DNA of 63,996 bases, counting the filler, from Octopus bimaculoides (taxonomy: Eukaryota): NCBI RefSeq assembly GCF_001194135.2. It is 4 parts of 3 records of this genome, joined end to end, with 100 filler letters (N's around TTAATTAATTAA, not from the genome) between each part and the next. Parts side by side here need not be neighbours in the genome. Positions count along the whole stretch, not along the records: positions 42,140 to 63,996 come from NC_068982.1; 3 more parts are not named here. The stretch is one strand, 5' to 3'. The notes beneath the pieces are model-generated. The model did not search any database. It was not told where the DNA came from and saw only the letters and a list, made by a program, of their open reading frames with translations. A program made the translations under genes and the position numbers. Below, in pieces: positions 61,591 through 63,996 of the stretch. Position 1 is the first letter of the stretch, and the number at the start of each line of letters is the position of its first letter.

Positions 61591-62423
61591 AGCGGGCAAC
61601 AGTTAAAATTATGAAAGAATTCAGGAATTTGACAGCATATTCAGAAGACCAAAATAAATCATTAGCGTTTTGAAATCTTAGTTATTCTACCCTCGAAAGT
61701 TCAATCAGATCTAAGTACATTCTTCATGTAGACAGATTTGGCTAATATTTCCCTTTCACTTCTACTTAAGATCCATTGTTCTTTCTTTGGCATTCTGGAG
61801 ACATTAGAATTTTACAACAGTCTCCAGAATAACATGGAGCTACAAGTTATTGAATGTTTTTAGAATTGGGAAATAATCATCCAAAATTTAAGAAGTTATA
61901 TGAAGATCAGTATATAACAGACGACATTATGTGTTAGAAGCAAGCGCAAAAGTATTAGCAATAAATTTGAAAAAAGAGAGTAAAGCCAATTGTGTCATCT
62001 TGGTTGATACCATCTTTTGCAAGAACGTGTCCCAATATGATGAAACAAAGTCTTTGAAGCAGCTTCAAACACATAAAATGAAATACACAGAAATCACAAA
62101 CTTAACGACGAACAAAATAAGATTTATGTTTGCACCATTAAAGACAAAAAGAAGAAATTAAAACGAAATGAAAACTAACTCAGTCACAATAAAAACAAAG
62201 ATGTATCATGACAAATGACAATAAACAGCCACTGGAAAACATACAAAATCGTATCTACAGTGAGATGTGATTGGAGAATTTGAAATAATACTAAAAGAAC
62301 GATATCATTCTAGCATATTTAGAACGGAGTAACAATTAAATATCCGCTGAAGCAAATGTTTGTGCGTGTTCATTGTTGTTCATTGTCAGTATATAATGTG
62401 TATACCTAAATACATTCCGAACA

Positions 62424-62466
<43 letters not shown>

Positions 62467-63289
62467 GTNNNNNNNNNNNNNNNNNNNNNNNNNNNNNNNN
62501 NNNNNNNNNNNNNNNNNNNNNNNNNNNNNNNNNNNNNNNNNNNNNNNNNNNNNNNNNNNNNNNNNNNNNNNNNNNNNNNNNNNNNNNNNNNNNNNNNNNN
62601 NNNNNNNNNNNNNNNNNNNNNNNNNNNNNNNNNNNNNNNNNNNNNNNNNNNNNNNNNNNNNNNNNNNNNNNNNNNNNNNNNNNNNNNNNNNNNNNNNNNN
62701 NNNNNNNNNNNNNNNNNNNNNNNNNNNNNNNNNNNNNNNNNNNNNNNNNNNNNNNNNNNNNNNNNNNNNNNNNNNNNNNNNNNNNNNNNNNNNNNNNNNN
62801 NNNNNNNNNNNNNNNNNNNNNNNNNNNNNNNNNNNNNNNNNNNNNNNNNNNNNNNNNNNNNNNNNNNNNNNNNNNNNNNNNNNNNNNNNNNNNNNNNNNN
62901 NNNNNNNNNNNNNNNNNNNNNNNNNNNNNNNNNNNNNNNNNNNNNNNNNNNNNNNNNNNNNNNNNNNNNNNNNNNNNNNNNNNNNNNNNNNNNNNNNNNN
63001 NNNNNNNNNNNNNNNNNNNNNNNNNNNNNNNNNNNNNNNNNNNNNNNNNNNNNNNNNNNNNNNNNNNNNNNNNNNNNNNNNNNNNNNNNNNNNNNNNNNN
63101 NNNNNNNNNNNNNNNNNNNNNNNNNNNNNNNNNNNNNNNNNNNNNNNNNNNNNNNNNNNNNNNNNNNNNNNNNNNNNNNNNNNNNNNNNNNNNNNNNNNN
63201 NNNNNNNNNNNNNNNNNNNNNNNNNNNNNNNNNNNNNNNNNNNNNNNNNNNNNNNNNNNNNNNNNNNNNNNNNNNNNNNNNNNNNNNNN

Positions 63290-63363
63290 AGAAGAAGAAG
63301 AAGAAGAAGAAGAAGAAGAAGAAGAAGAAGAAGAAGAAGAAGAAGAAGAAGAAGAAGAAGAAG

Positions 63364-63406
<43 letters not shown>
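63290..63406. repeat. (AAG)n-(AAC)n compound microsatellite
   Basis: Direct sequence. Confidence 0.97.
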
Positions 63407-63590
63407 TTGAAAAATAACTTAGGAATGAGAACTCAGGTTCGAAATTTCCCCCAAGACACCTGATGAATGCTGGAGGGTATATCAGCCGAAACGTTGTGTT
63501 AAAAACAAACAAGATGAGGACAAATATCCGTTGTATGTAAATAATGTAAATAATGCAAATAATTCGCATAATTCCTCATCCCTTAACTGT
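63407..63590 (+). mobile_element. Penelope-like pLTR-type repeat, same family as 44570-44705 and 45255-45397
   Basis: Shares TTCCCC(C)AAG...GCTGGAG..TATATCAGCCGAAACGTT..GTTAA..ACAAACAAGATGAGGACAAATATC with both other copies. Confidence 0.8.
63455..63500 (+). ncRNA. Type I minimal hammerhead ribozyme motif
   Basis: GACAC-CTGATGA-A-TGCTG-gagggtatat-CAGCC-GAAACGTT-GTGTT. Stem I is GACAC/GTGTT. Stem II has a first-pair mismatch in this copy (sister copies read GGCTG). Predicted cleavage after the GUU at 63493-63495. Confidence 0.62.
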
Positions 63591-63963
63591 AAAGCAAATG
63601 TATGGCATGAGATATTATTCCATCAAATAAAAACGTAACTATATTAAGACATATATGATAAGAATACAGATATATAAGAATATAAACATAAGAAATTACA
63701 AAATACAACAAAAAATGACAAAAATATATAAGGAGTGCCATGGAAGTAGAAAATATATTTAGAATAGATTAAAGGGAATGTTTGAAAGGATCAGTCCAAA
63801 CTTACGGCCGTTTCAGAAAGGTTTTAAAGGGCTGTAGGAAATAATCCAAGTTTAAGATAAATATCTGAAATTTTTATCTTATACCAAATTTTATTAATCT
63901 TTAGCTCATATACGAGCGAAAAAACAGTTTTACTATATACTGGAGCTTTATCTCCAGTAAAAT

Positions 63964-63996
<33 letters not shown>

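Overview
AT-rich, microsatellite-dense, heavily gapped animal genomic DNA. The C2H2 finger style ([11 protein letters not shown]...HTGEKP), SINE families and LINE remnants suggest a coleoid cephalopod, probably Octopus (inference). Three identical 100-bp spacers (44 N + TTAATTAATTAA + 44 N at ~28.6, 31.7 and 42.1 kb) are assembly joins, so the window consists of four blocks whose adjacency is not guaranteed. Host coding content is small: two minus-strand exons of the zinc transporter SLC39A11/ZIP11 (39020-39058, 34025-34192) and a decayed array of at least 11 C2H2 zinc fingers (30700-31650). Most other recognisable sequence is mobile DNA: RTE LINEs, R4/Dong-like LINEs, Penelope-like elements, two mariners, an hAT-like MITE, a non-autonomous LTR element and many tRNA-derived SINEs. 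Nearly all long ORFs in the supplied track are microsatellite or N artefacts. The most notable signals are: (i) several type I minimal hammerhead-ribozyme motifs, one with a fully canonical core at 58814-58904; (ii) an 828-bp chimeric insertion flanked by a 13-bp direct repeat, combining inverted hammerhead-bearing repeats, a LINE ORF start and a tRNA-derived head; (iii) an LTR element whose primer-binding site matches about 33 nt of tRNA-Trp; (iv) an unexplained AT-rich inverted repeat with arms of about 400 bp; (v) stacked R4-like 3' ends separated by ordered compound trinucleotide repeats. All family assignments come from motif recall by eye, not database searches.
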